Shown here: piece after piece, positions 49,680 to 60,100 of the stretch | Layout of the letters: each line of letters starts with the position of its first letter | Position numbering within the stretch: the stretch's first letter is position 1 | Origin: Verrucomicrobiota bacterium | Lineage (GTDB): Bacteria > Verrucomicrobiota > Verrucomicrobiia > Opitutales > Opitutaceae | Length of the DNA stretch: 64,000 nt | Assembly: GCA_016871775.1 (NCBI GenBank) | Contig: VHCI01000003.1 | Span: 9,458-73,457, forward strand | Reading direction: 5' to 3' | Translations under genes and position numbers: made by a program | Notes under the pieces: generated by a model | Told to the model about the DNA's origin: nothing | The model's input: only the letters and a program-made list of their open reading frames with translations | The model's database searches: none

Positions 49680-50272
49680 GGCTGCTTCTCCTTGGTGAGC
49701 TGTTCGCGGAGCTTTTTCACCTTCGGGGCGATCACGTAGGCGCAGTAACCCGCGTTGGGGTTCCGGCGGAAATAATCCTGATGATAGGCCTCAGCCTCCC
49801 AGAACCGCTCCAGCGGCGCGATCTCGGTCGTGATCTGGTCGCGGAACGTCGCGGCGGCGCGAGCGCGGGACTTCTCCGCCGCCTCCCTCTGCGCGGCACC
49901 GGCGTAGAGTATGACCGAACGGTACTGGGGACCGATGTCGTTCCCTTGGCCGCCGACCTGCGTGGGGTTGTGCACCTGCCAGAAATAGTCCAACAGCCGC
50001 TCGAGCGAGACCACGGCCGGATCGTAGTCGATGCGGATGACCTCGGCGTGGCCGGTCTTTTTGGTCGAGATCTGCTCGTAGTTGGGATTGGGCACGTGGC
50101 CGCCGGCGTAGCCGCTGACGACGGTCTTCACCCCGGGCAGCAGTTCATAGGCGGCCTCGGTGCACCAGAAGCAACCGCCCCCGACGACCAGCGAGGCGAG
50201 TTGCGGGGCAGCGGCGGCGAGCGGGGAGGTCATCGGCAGAAGGAGGGCAGCAAGGAATAGCGGGAGGCGCAT
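49676..50272 (-). CDS. msrA: Peptide-methionine (S)-S-oxide reductase with signal peptide
   Basis: GGGCFWCTE, GHAEV, QYRSVI, AEAYHQDY, GYC. Confidence 0.95.
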   Translation of the reverse strand: MRLPLFLAALLLPMTSPLAAAAPQLASLVVGGGCFWCTEAAYELLPGVKTVVSGYAGGHVPNPNYEQISTKKTGHAEVIRIDYDPAVVSLERLLDYFWQVHNPTQVGGQGNDIGPQYRSVILYAGAAQREAAEKSRARAAATFRDQITTEIAPLERFWEAEAYHQDYFRRNPNAGYCAYVIAPKVKKLREQLTKEKQP

Positions 50273-50329
50273 CGTACGAACGGGTGAAAGGAGGTTGGCG
50301 GGAATCGCGGCGGAGTCAAAGCGCCCGCT

Positions 50330-51718
50330 TCAGCCGCCACCCGCGGCCGGCAAGCGCAGCCCGAAGGCGCGGAGGCGGGCGTCGAGACCGAAGCGCGTGA
50401 ACAGCGCGTCCGTCTCCGCCGCCGCGCGTCGCGCCGGGTCGAGGCCGGGCGCTTCCGCCAGCGCGCGCACGAGGTCGAGGATCACCGCCACCGACTCCTC
50501 GAGCAGTTGCGGGGTCACCTTGTCGATGGTGTCGGCCAGGTCGTGATAATGCCGCACGGCCTCGCGCGGGAGGGGCGCGTTGAGGGTCAGGGCCCGGACG
50601 CCGACCAGCTGGTAGGGCGTGTGGTCGCTGCCCAGCCAGTTGGTGTTCTCGACGCCGCTGGGCAGCCGCAGCCCGGCGGGGCGAGCGGCATTCCAGCGCT
50701 CGAGGAACGGCACCAGCGCGTCGTCGCCGAGCGCGTTCACCGCGACGGGCAAGCCGATCATATCGAGATTGAGCATCGCGACGACCGGCGTGGCGCCGAG
50801 AAGGGCGGCGGCGTGGCGGGAACCCTGTAGGCCCTGCTCCTCCCCGTTGAACCAGATGAGTTCCACCGCGTGATGGCGGGGCGCGCCGGCCAGCGCGCGG
50901 GCAAGGGCAAAGAGCTGCGCGACGCCGATGCCGTTGTCGAGAGCCCCCTGCCCGAGGTCCCAGCTGTCCAGATGCGCCCCGACGATCACCCGCGAGGAGG
51001 CGCGGCCGGGGAGCACGACGCGGAGGTTGGCAGTCGCGACCGGGACGCAGCGGGAGCGAGTCTCGACGCGCAGGCGCACCGGGATCCCGCGCGCCACGAG
51101 GCGCCCGAGCCAACGGCCCTCCTCCTGCGTGATCGAGTAGACCGGCAGTGGCAGGGGCCGGCCCGCGGGCGAGCCGGTACGCGCGAGCAGTTGGCCCCCA
51201 CCCTCGCGGTTGATGAACAGGATCGCCGCCAGCCCGCGCGCGGCCGCCGCCCCGACGTAATCCGCAGCCGGCAGCGGCGAACCGGAAGCCAGCAGGCCGA
51301 CGCGCCCGCGGAGCTCACCCGCCGGGTAATCACCGGGCCGGCCAAGGCCGATGTCCACAAGTTCCCCCGTGAGCGCCGGGTGCGCCTGAGAGAAACCCAG
51401 CGCCGCAACGCGCAGCCGGCGCACAAAGGGGGCGAGTACCTCGACCTGGTCGTCCCCGCGGATCCAACCAGGGGCGTTGAAGGGCTGGCGCTCGGGCGCG
51501 AGGCCCAGCGCGCGCAACTCCGCCTCGAGGCGGTCGAGCGCCGCCGCGTTGCCCGCACTGCCGGTGAGGCGCGGCCCGATCTCGTCGGCGAGGCGTTCCA
51601 GAAAGGCGTGAGCGGCGGCGGCCGGGGATAGCGCGGCCCCCGGCTCCGCCGCCCACGCGGCGGCGACCAGAGCGAGCGCAAGCGCAGCCCGCCGCGCGGT
51701 TTCAGGGGCGGACCGCAT
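50330..51718 (-). CDS. Exported M28 family metallopeptidase with PA domain
   Basis: GPRLTGS, GAHLDSWD, DNG, NGEEQG, NLDM, SDH, YH. Confidence 0.9.
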   Translation of the reverse strand: MRSAPETARRAALALALVAAAWAAEPGAALSPAAAAHAFLERLADEIGPRLTGSAGNAAALDRLEAELRALGLAPERQPFNAPGWIRGDDQVEVLAPFVRRLRVAALGFSQAHPALTGELVDIGLGRPGDYPAGELRGRVGLLASGSPLPAADYVGAAAARGLAAILFINREGGGQLLARTGSPAGRPLPLPVYSITQEEGRWLGRLVARGIPVRLRVETRSRCVPVATANLRVVLPGRASSRVIVGAHLDSWDLGQGALDNGIGVAQLFALARALAGAPRHHAVELIWFNGEEQGLQGSRHAAALLGATPVVAMLNLDMIGLPVAVNALGDDALVPFLERWNAARPAGLRLPSGVENTNWLGSDHTPYQLVGVRALTLNAPLPREAVRHYHDLADTIDKVTPQLLEESVAVILDLVRALAEAPGLDPARRAAAETDALFTRFGLDARLRAFGLRLPAAGGG

Positions 51719-52088
51719 CGGTGATCGTGAGCGTGTTGAAGCCGAAAACCCGGCTCAGCCGCCCGTGGGTGAGCTTGAGCCGACCCCGGTCGGAAGAGCG
51801 GAGCAGGCCGTCCAGCACGGCGACGTGCGCGACTTGGGCGTAGCGCGGGTCGTGGGTCAGGTGGAACCTTCGGATGTGGTGCGGGCCGGCGTGCTCGAAG
51901 GTGGCCCGGTCCGCCGAGCGGTAGAGGCCGCTGCGGGCCGGCCCCGCGCGGCCGATGACGCCGGAGCCGGGACCGCTCAGGCTGACGAGCAGGTGCAGGT
52001 CGTGCCGGGGCGCCTCCGCGGCCCGCCCAGCGAGGACGGCCGCGAACACGAGGGCGCCGGCAAAAAAGGATCGTGCGTTCCAGGTCAT
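51702..52088 (-). pseudogene. Probable remnant of an exported Asp-box (BNR) beta-propeller gene
   Basis: Signal peptide and two Asp-box-like motifs (GLYRSADRATF, GLLRSSDRG). At 128 aa it is too short for a propeller, and its stop overlaps the next gene's start. Confidence 0.45.
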
Positions 52089-52105
52089 CGCACCAAGTTG
52101 CGGGT

Positions 52106-52627
52106 ATGCGCTCCCTCCCCTGCCTGCTGTTCACGCTCGCCCTCGCCGCCACCGTGCCCGCCGGCGCCGAAACCCCCGAGGTCCGCCTCGCCGCGCGCGG
52201 CCTGAAGCTCCCCCCAGTGAGCGCCCCGATCGCAAACTACGTGCCCGCGGTCCGCTCGGGCAACCTTGTCTTCCTCGCGGGCCACATCCCGCGCGACGCC
52301 GCTGGAAAGGTGATCACCGGCAAGGTGGGCCAGAGCGCCACGCCCGAGCAGGCCAACGCCGCCGCGCAGGCCACCGCCCTCGCGCTGCTGGCCACGCTCA
52401 AGCAGGAGATCGGTGAGCTCGCCCGTGTGAAGCGCGTCGTCCGCGTCGGCGGATTCGTCAACGCCGTGGAAACCTTCACCGCGCAGCCCCAGGTGATGAA
52501 CGGCTGCTCTGACCTCCTCGTCGCCGTGTTCGGCGAACGCGGCAAGCACGCCCGCGCAGCCCTCGGGGTGGCCTCCCTCCCCGCCGGCGCGGTGGTCGAG
52601 ATCGAGATGGTGGTCGAGGTGGACTGA
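52106..52627 (+). CDS. RidA/YjgF family protein with Sec signal peptide
   Basis: ANYVPAVRSGNLVFLAG, KHARAALG (catalytic Arg position), VEIEMVVE; hydrophobic N-terminal leader ending AGA. Confidence 0.88.
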   Translation: MRSLPCLLFTLALAATVPAGAETPEVRLAARGLKLPPVSAPIANYVPAVRSGNLVFLAGHIPRDAAGKVITGKVGQSATPEQANAAAQATALALLATLKQEIGELARVKRVVRVGGFVNAVETFTAQPQVMNGCSDLLVAVFGERGKHARAALGVASLPAGAVVEIEMVVEVD

Positions 52628-52641
52628 GGCGGGCATCGGCT

Positions 52642-53904
52642 TCAGGCCTCCCGGCGCAGGAACTCGCCAACCGCGGCGACCAGCGCGTCCACCTGCGCGG
52701 GGGAATTGCAGAGGTGGGTCGAGACACGCAGCGCGTTCAGGTTGTCCTCGGTGACAGGCCGCGTGCGGATGCCCCTCTCGCGCAGGAGCAGGCCGAAGAG
52801 GCGGTCGTGCGGGATCCGGGGCGTGCGAAACGCCACTAGCGCCGCGGAGAGCTCGCCCGGTTCCGGGGAAAGAATCTCGACTCCCGGCAGGGCCGCAAGC
52901 CCCGCCCGCGCCTGGGCGGCCAGCTGGCGTGCTCGCGCCGCGATGCGCTCCCGGCCGATCCGCTCCTGCAGCCGCATCGCCTCGGCCAATCCGAGCGCGG
53001 TGGCGACATTCCGGGTGCCATACTCGTAACGCACCGCCCCCGCGCTCAGCGCGAAGCGGCCGTTCGCGTCGAGTCCCCCGGAGTAGGCGCCCACCAGCGG
53101 CGGCGCCAGCTGCTCCTGCCGCGCGCGGCGCACGCAGAGGACGCCGGTCTCGAGCGGGCCACCAATCCACTTGTGCCCGCAGACCGCGAGGGAGTCGCAG
53201 CCGAGGGCGGCGAAGTCGACCGGCACCATCCCCGCCGACTGCGCCGCATCAAGGTGGAACCAAATCCCGCGGGTCCGGCAGAGGTCCGCGACCGCGCGCG
53301 CCGGCAACGTGATCCCGGTGGGCGCGGTGATGTGCGACAGCTGGATGACGCGCGTTCGCGGGCCGCAGAGCGCCGTGATGCGGTCGAGGTTCGCCGCGGC
53401 GGAACGGGGGTCGGGGTCAAACGTGCGCACGACGACGCCGCGCACGCGCGCCGCCTGTAGCCAGGGAAACGAGCCGCCGGGATGGGCGTGGGTCTCAAAG
53501 ATGACCTCGTCGCCCGCACGCAGAGGCAGGCCAGCCGCAACGGTGGCGTTGGCCTCGGTAGCGTTGCGGACGAAGGCGACCTCGGCTGGGTCGGCGCCGA
53601 GGAAGCGAGCCGCGTCGGCCCGCGCGCCCGTGAACTCCGCGTGACCGTGCTCGGCCTTGACCTGCAGGCGGCGGGTAACCTCCGCGACCCGCTCCAGGAC
53701 GGGCGTCGGGGTCGAGCCGAGGCCGCCGGTGTTGAAGTAACTGAAGCCCACCTCCAGCGGGTAGAGCGCGCGCACCGCTTCCCAGAACGGCTCGGGCCGC
53801 GCCGCGGCGAACTCCGGGAGGGCCACGTCGGCGCCGCGGGCGAGGCCGAGACCGGCCGCGCCGAGGGCGGCGTGGCGGAGGAAGGAGCGGCGGGGCAGAC
53901 TCAT
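52642..53904 (-). CDS. Tat-exported class V PLP aminotransferase-fold enzyme (cysteine desulfurase/isopenicillin-N-epimerase-like)
   Basis: PRRSFL signal; RNATEA, HITAPTG, DAAQSAG, GHKW, RVSTH. Confidence 0.87.
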   Translation of the reverse strand: MSLPRRSFLRHAALGAAGLGLARGADVALPEFAAARPEPFWEAVRALYPLEVGFSYFNTGGLGSTPTPVLERVAEVTRRLQVKAEHGHAEFTGARADAARFLGADPAEVAFVRNATEANATVAAGLPLRAGDEVIFETHAHPGGSFPWLQAARVRGVVVRTFDPDPRSAAANLDRITALCGPRTRVIQLSHITAPTGITLPARAVADLCRTRGIWFHLDAAQSAGMVPVDFAALGCDSLAVCGHKWIGGPLETGVLCVRRARQEQLAPPLVGAYSGGLDANGRFALSAGAVRYEYGTRNVATALGLAEAMRLQERIGRERIAARARQLAAQARAGLAALPGVEILSPEPGELSAALVAFRTPRIPHDRLFGLLLRERGIRTRPVTEDNLNALRVSTHLCNSPAQVDALVAAVGEFLRREA

Positions 53905-54746
53905 ACGCGGAGGAATTCGAGCCGGTGGTCGAGCAGCAGGTCGCGGCCGGCAGGCAAGGTCACGGGAGCGTCGGCGTGAAACGCGAAGGCGGCGAGCGGG
54001 TTTTTCGCCCGCACAAACCACGGGATCGGCCCAGTGCGGCTCTCGAACCGGACCTTCGTCCGCCGCAGCGAGCCATCGTGTTGGCACGACCACTCGATCC
54101 ACGGCGCCGGCACCCCGTGCACCTCCGCCTCCCCCCGGCGCCCGCCGGGACCGCTGACTCCGAGGGCGGCGTCCCCGTGCTCATCCAGAAGCTCACGCGC
54201 ACCGCGAAACTGCAGCCCAGAGTAGTGGGAGCCGACCAGGCCTCCGCCCGCGTGATAATTCGAGAGGACGAGCGGGCGCCCCGCCGCGTTCCACAGGCGG
54301 CTGGTCCAGTCCAGCACCCAGCCCTCCGGCAGGACGCCCGGCACTAGCACGCGCTCCTCCCGCAGGAGGACCTCGCCCGCGGGCGACCGCCATTCGACGG
54401 CCTCCTCCAGCCGCGCCGGTCCGCGCGCCACCCAACCGGCGTGGACCTGCCGTCCCTGGTCCCCGCGCCAGCGGTAGCCCTCCCCCACCCGAAAGGAGGG
54501 TCCGCCCCAGAAATTAATGTCGTCCACTGCGGTGAGCGTGAGGCTGAGCCCGTGGTGCCAAGGGTGGTCGTTGGGCCGGAAGTTGGTCAGGAGGTCGCCG
54601 TCCGCGGAATAGAGCGGATGGAAGTAGGGCCGCGGCGCCTCCTCCGGGGGCGTGGCCGGGGCGAACACGTAGGTCCAGAGCGGGCGGCCGTCGAGGCGCG
54701 CCTCCACGCGATCCGCTGCCTCCGACAGAACCAGGCCGGCGTTCAC
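53901..54746 (-). CDS. PmoA/DUF6807-like protein
   Basis: RPYFHPL, DHPWHHGL, NFWGG, YSGLQFRG. Coupled at both ends (GTGA/ATGA). Confidence 0.72.
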   Translation of the reverse strand: MNAGLVLSEAADRVEARLDGRPLWTYVFAPATPPEEAPRPYFHPLYSADGDLLTNFRPNDHPWHHGLSLTLTAVDDINFWGGPSFRVGEGYRWRGDQGRQVHAGWVARGPARLEEAVEWRSPAGEVLLREERVLVPGVLPEGWVLDWTSRLWNAAGRPLVLSNYHAGGGLVGSHYSGLQFRGARELLDEHGDAALGVSGPGGRRGEAEVHGVPAPWIEWSCQHDGSLRRTKVRFESRTGPIPWFVRAKNPLAAFAFHADAPVTLPAGRDLLLDHRLEFLRV

Positions 54747-55153
54747 GGCACGGCGCCCTCCAGCGCGAAGGGCCCACCCGCGAACGCCGCGTGTTCGCCA
54801 CCCGGCAGGCGGACCCGGACCGGCGTCACGGCGGGGGCGTCGCCCTCGAGCCGGAGGCGGCCGGCCTCGACGCGCCACGCCACCCGCACGAGCCCCCGCG
54901 GCGTGCGCACGGCATGGAAGTCGCCTTTCGCCGGCCCTCGCCCCACCAGCGCGCCGTTGCGCGACAGCGCGATGCGGCTGCCGGCGGACACGAGGATCCG
55001 GGCCGGCAAGTCTCCGGGCCGCGCGGATTCTAGGGTCCGGCGGGAGAGGCGCACCTGGTAATGCGACGTTCTGGCGTACTCGGGTGCCGGGGCCGCGCGG
55101 GAACCCTCGGCGGACCAGATCCACTGGGCCTCGGCAGTGAACGGCAGGGACAT
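54743..55153 (-). pseudogene. Alpha-L-rhamnosidase (GH78-type) with catalytic core deleted in frame
   Basis: N-terminal AQWIW...VSAGSRIALSRNGALVGRGPAKGD is joined directly to a C-terminal VRTPRGLVRVAW domain; 136 aa in total. Confidence 0.68.
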
Positions 55154-55259
55154 CGGCAGGGGAAAAGGGAGGTACAGGACCGCACGTGGCCAGCTTAGGC
55201 GGTGGCGGAAACAAGCTCGCGCCTCCCTGAAACTCAACCCCGGTTTTCATGGCTTGTCC

Positions 55260-56100
55260 GCCGTGCCCGCCGCGTCCCCCCGGGTCGTCGTTTGCGCCGC
55301 CATCTGGCCGCTGGCCGGCCACCCCCGCGGGCGCCCCTGGAGCCTCGGAAGGCGGTTGCAGGTGATGCGCGCCGCCGGGTTCGAAGGCTTGTGCGGCTAC
55401 GCCGACCCCGGAGTTGCGCGCCGAAGCCGACCGCCTCGGCCTCGCGGTGATGAGCGGGTTCGACGCCCCCACGATCGCCACGGGCTGCAACGACTGCGCG
55501 GGCGGGCGGACCTTGGCGTCCGTTTCATCGACATCCAACTGCTCGACCGCGACACCCCCCTCGCGCCGGCGACCAAGGCCGTCATCCGGCTGGCCCGGGA
55601 GGCGGAGCGTCGTGGCGTGGCGGTGCATTTTGAGACCCATCGGGACACCACGACGGAAACCTTGGAGAAGTTTTCCGCCCTCGGCCGCGCGTTCCAGCGG
55701 GCCACTGGCCAATTGCTCCCGGTGACCCGGGGCCACTCGCATTTCGCGGTCAGCAAGCACGTGCAGGCGCCGGACTACGCCGCCCGGCTGCTGGCGTGGC
55801 CGGTGCTGTGATCCAGGTCTCGCGGATGTTCCTCCTCCGCCCATGCAACAGCCAGCACCGCCAGATCCCAGTGACCCACGGGCGCGGCCGGGTAACGCCA
55901 GAAGCTGGCGATTACTTCGGGTTCGTTCGGGACCTCTTGTGCTGCTGACGGGGGGAAGACGGACCACGGGGAACTCTGGACCCGCCCCGAACTGGGGATG
56001 CGCCACGGCTCCCAACTGAGCACGGACCAGCCGGCGTGGCCCAAAGCGATCCGCGCGCGACGGGAGATCCTCGCGGCATGGCACGCGACGGGCCCCTCCT
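55260..56100 (+). pseudogene. Xylose-isomerase-like TIM barrel pseudogene
   Basis: AAGFEG, VHFETHRD, HSHFAVSKH, HRQIPVT and PELG are spread over several frames with a stop at 55811. Boundaries are approximate. Confidence 0.65.
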
Positions 56101-56162
56101 CCTGCCGAACGCCTCCGGAATCGCTCTTGACGCTGGAAACGTACGAATTCAGCCTGCTCCCT

Positions 56163-56175
56163 CTGAAACTTTCAG
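56163..56175. promoter_or_regulatory. LacI-type operator-like palindrome CTGAAACTTTCAG
   Basis: Perfect inverted repeat 20 nt upstream of the LacI pseudogene start. Confidence 0.45.
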
Positions 56176-56195
56176 GAAACCCCCGACCCCGAAGT

Positions 56196-57128
56196 ATGCT
56201 GATCACGGAGATCCCGGCGAGAGCGCGGGTCTCGCCCGCGACGGTCTCGCGGGCGATCAACCGGCCGCAGATTTTCGCGGCGGACAGCTTGGCGCGGATC
56301 CGCTTGATGATGGGGGCGAACAGCCATGTGCCGTCCCCACTGAGCCGTCGGCGCGGGCCCGAGCCCCGGTCGGCGGAGTTGAGGCGGATTGGCGTCTGGT
56401 TTGTGGGCGCGCGCCCCCAACAACCTGAGCCTGAATTGGTTCCACGACCATTTACTGCACGCGCAGGCCAACGCCCCCCGCCAGCGCATCGACCTGCGGG
56501 TGTTTTGCTCGAATTCCCCAGAGGGGCTGCCGGCCGGGTGGAGCGGCGAGAAGCTGGAGGGTCTTATTTTGCAGGGGGTGGAGCCGGCGAACGAGGGGAA
56601 AGGCTGGCTGGCGGCAGACCATCTGGCAGAGCAGGGCCATCGGACGGTTGCGATGGTCAGCGCGGACCCGCAATTCAGCGCGGCGGCGCGGCGGGTGGTG
56701 GCCGTCCGGCAGCGGTCGCGGGAGCTGGGTCTGAAGGTGCATTCCATCCTGGGCCGGCCCAACCCTGCGGTGAGTTACCTAGAACTGATGCCCGCGCACG
56801 AGGAGAGCGAGACCCTGGTCGGCACCCTGCTGGCGGCGACCCCGCGGGACACCTGACTCTACCTGCCGGCGGATCATTTCTGCGGCGCCTTCTTCCGCGC
56901 TCTGCGGGCAGCAGGGCAGCGGCCAGGGGACAATTACAGGGCGATGATCGGGAACTACAACCTGGTCGTCTACCACAACCTCGACCATTCCCCGGCGGCA
57001 ATCGACATCAACCTTCCCACCCTTGTGAGAAAAGTTGTCGACCATCTGGTCTGGAAGATCGAGCATCCTCGGAGCTCGGCCGGATCGGCATCACTGTTAC
57101 CCCAACCCTCCGTCCCTCACCGCACTGA
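56196..57128 (+). pseudogene. LacI family regulator pseudogene
   Basis: HTH ITEIPARARVSPATVSRAIN; frameshift ~56415; in-frame TGA at ~56854; further shifts; ends with the LacI-like ITVTPTL. Confidence 0.75.
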
Positions 57129-57185
57129 AGAATCCTTTTCTGATCCCCTGATCGGATTGCCAGAACATCACACAAAATCCCACCC

Positions 57186-60100
57186 ATGAACAAACCAAGC
57201 CCACTCGCCAGGCGCAGCCTGACGACGACGCTGGCGCTCCTCAGCGCCGCTCCCCTCGCCTTCGGGCAGGCGGGCGACGCCGCGGCCCTCCGCCGGCTCC
57301 AGGAAGAAAACGCCGCGCTGCGCAAGCAGCTCGCTGAAGCCCAGGGCCGGACCACCGCCCCTGCTGCCGCCGCCCGCCCGGCCGCCGCCGCGGCTGCGCC
57401 CGCCGTCGGTCTCCGGACCGACGAGGGCGTGACCGCCCTCAGCGCCTTCGAGGTCAAGTCCGAGCGCGACTACGGCTACCTCAAGACGAACGCGGCCACG
57501 GCCACGAAGATCAATATGGAGATCCAGAATATCCCCCTGCACCTGCAGGTGATCTCCCGGGAGTTCCTAGACGACACCAACGCGCGCTCCCTGACCGACC
57601 TGTTCCGCTACTCCGCCTCCGCCTCGGGTGACACCCGCTTCGCGATGCGCGTGCCGGCCAACTCCGCCACCCCGCAGGGCACCTTCACGATGCGCGGCTT
57701 CGTGGTGAACAGCCTGATGCGCAACGGCGTCTTCCGGTACACCTCCTACAACCTCGAGACCATCGACCGCGTCGAGGTCGTCAAGGGCCCCGCCGCCGTC
57801 TTTTTCGGCCAGGGCTACCCCGGCGGCGTCATCAACTACATCACCAAGCAGCCGGACTTCTCGGGCAATAAGACCGACGTCGACTACTACGTGAACAGCA
57901 ACTCGGGCCACCGGGTGATGATCGACCAGAACCAAACCCTCGGGAAGAAGGCCGCTCTCCGCATCATCGGCGGCTGGGAGGACACTCAGGGCGAGCGCCG
58001 GTTCGAGTACCGGCGCGCCAACACCGTCACCCCGTCGCTCTCGCTCATCCCGTTCGACAGCGGCAGGGTGAAGATCACCGCCGAGGCCGAGTTCCTGCGC
58101 GAGAAGTTCAGCTGGCACGACTATGACTGGATTTGGAGTGACTTCGCGGGCTGGAAGGAAGCCGCCACCACCGGCCGGTACAACTCCTCCACCGCCACCC
58201 TCGCCAACACGATCGCCGCCAACGCCGGCAACGGCCTGACCGCGAACGTGATCCAGAACACCCGTACCCCGACTCTGGCCTACGCGACCTACATCAATAA
58301 CAAGCGTATCGCCACCAACAACTGGTCGCTGCCAGCCTACACTCGCGTCGAGCGCGGCGCCTACGTCACCAACGCCGCCGGCCAGTGGGTGAAGGACGAG
58401 GCATTCAACTACACCAGCCGTGGCGCGCACTTCCGCAACACGATCGACAACCTCTCGGTCACGGTGGACCTCACGCCCTTCAGCTGGCTCGACGTTCGCT
58501 ACAACTTCCTCAACGAGAAGTCCGAGAATTACTCCGTCGGCCAGGGCGGCGCCCTGACCACGCCCTACGCCAACGGCATCAACTGGAACGCGGCCACGGG
58601 CAACCTCTCCGGTTACTACCGCTACGGCCAGACGCACAACTTCGACGCGGTCGCCAAGTTCGACCTCTTCGGCGTGAAGAACAGACTGCTCGGCGGCTTC
58701 CAGCGCATCAACCCCTACCAGCAGTTCCTCGGCGGCCAGGCCTTCGGCGACGTGCAGTGGGCCTTTCTTCCGGGCGCCCGCAACACCGAGTCTAACCCGG
58801 ACTACCGCGGTACCAACGTCGCCCTTTACAACCACGGCGGCGTCCCGGTCAACCAAGTCATCCGCGACCGCACTGGTGCCATTAAGCCCGTCCGTCAGAT
58901 CTACTCGAACTTCGACCCGGGCTTCGAGATCTACCCGGACGTCAACGTCTACCACCAGGACGACCGCAACGCCCTCGACGGCTACAAGTCCAAGACCGAG
59001 TCCCTCTACCTCAACTGGCAGGCGACCGCGTTCAAGGACCGTCTGACCCTGCTCGCGGGTTACCGCGAGGAACGCAATTGGCAGCGCGGCCAGTACCAGC
59101 CGAACAACTATCCGTGGTTCATCTACTTCCCGAATATGCACCTGAACCCGACCCTCTATCCTGAGAACGTCTGGGGCCACTCGATCAGCTACCAGCGCGG
59201 CCTGTACACCGACACAAAGGGCAATTCCTGGATGGGCGGCCTCTCGTTCGCGGTCACCAAGGAGCTGAGCATCTACGCCTCGAACTCGAAGACGTTCAAG
59301 TTCAACAACGGCCGCATCTCTGGCATCTTCGCGGGTGACGAGGCCCTCTGGTTCGAGGAAGCCCGCCGCACCGGCTTCGGCGGCACCCCCGGCCAGTCGT
59401 TCCGCTACCTCGGTCAGACGGTCACTTCGCTGCAGCAGTTCCGCGACATCCTCACCGGCCGCGGAGTGTTCGAGCTGCTCAAGAACGAGCAGGGCATGAA
59501 CTGGGAAATCGGCGCCAAGCTGTCCCAGCTCAACGGCCAGCTCGTCGGCACGCTGTCGTTCTTCCGCGGCGAGCGTGAGAACCAGATGCTCGACGACGGC
59601 GCGAGGCAGTCGAACCTCGAGGAGCCGCTGAACTTCAGCACCGACCTCTTCGCGGTCGGCTCCCCGTACCGCAGCCAGCGCCTGCTCCGCTGGCGCACGA
59701 CCGACCTCCTCAACCGCATCGAGGGTGGCGAGGCCGAGCTGATCTGGACCCCCCGCCGCAACTTCCAAGCCGTGGTCAACGGCTCCTGGCTTTGGACCGC
59801 CAAGACGGTGTACGACAAGACCCGCGCCGCCCCCGGCACGGCGGCGTACAACGCCCTCGCGCCCGCCGGCAAGGTCGCGTCCGACATCTACTACGACGCG
59901 CGCATCGAGAACGTTCCCGAGTACCGCCTGAACGTGTTCGGCAAGTACACGTTCACCGACGGCATCGGCGGGGTCGGCCGCGGCCTCAACGTCGGCCTCG
60001 GCATGCGTTACTCGTCCGAGACGGTCGTCTCCCGCTCCGTCGACTGGAACCCCCTCGCGGGCGGTTACCAGGCCGGCGACTACGTGGTGTATGACCTCAC

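Noticed and set aside
56854-56856. In-frame TGA in the LacI remnant as selenocysteine or readthrough
   Set aside because: The same gene has several frameshifts and the position is not a catalytic Cys, so a nonsense mutation is simpler.
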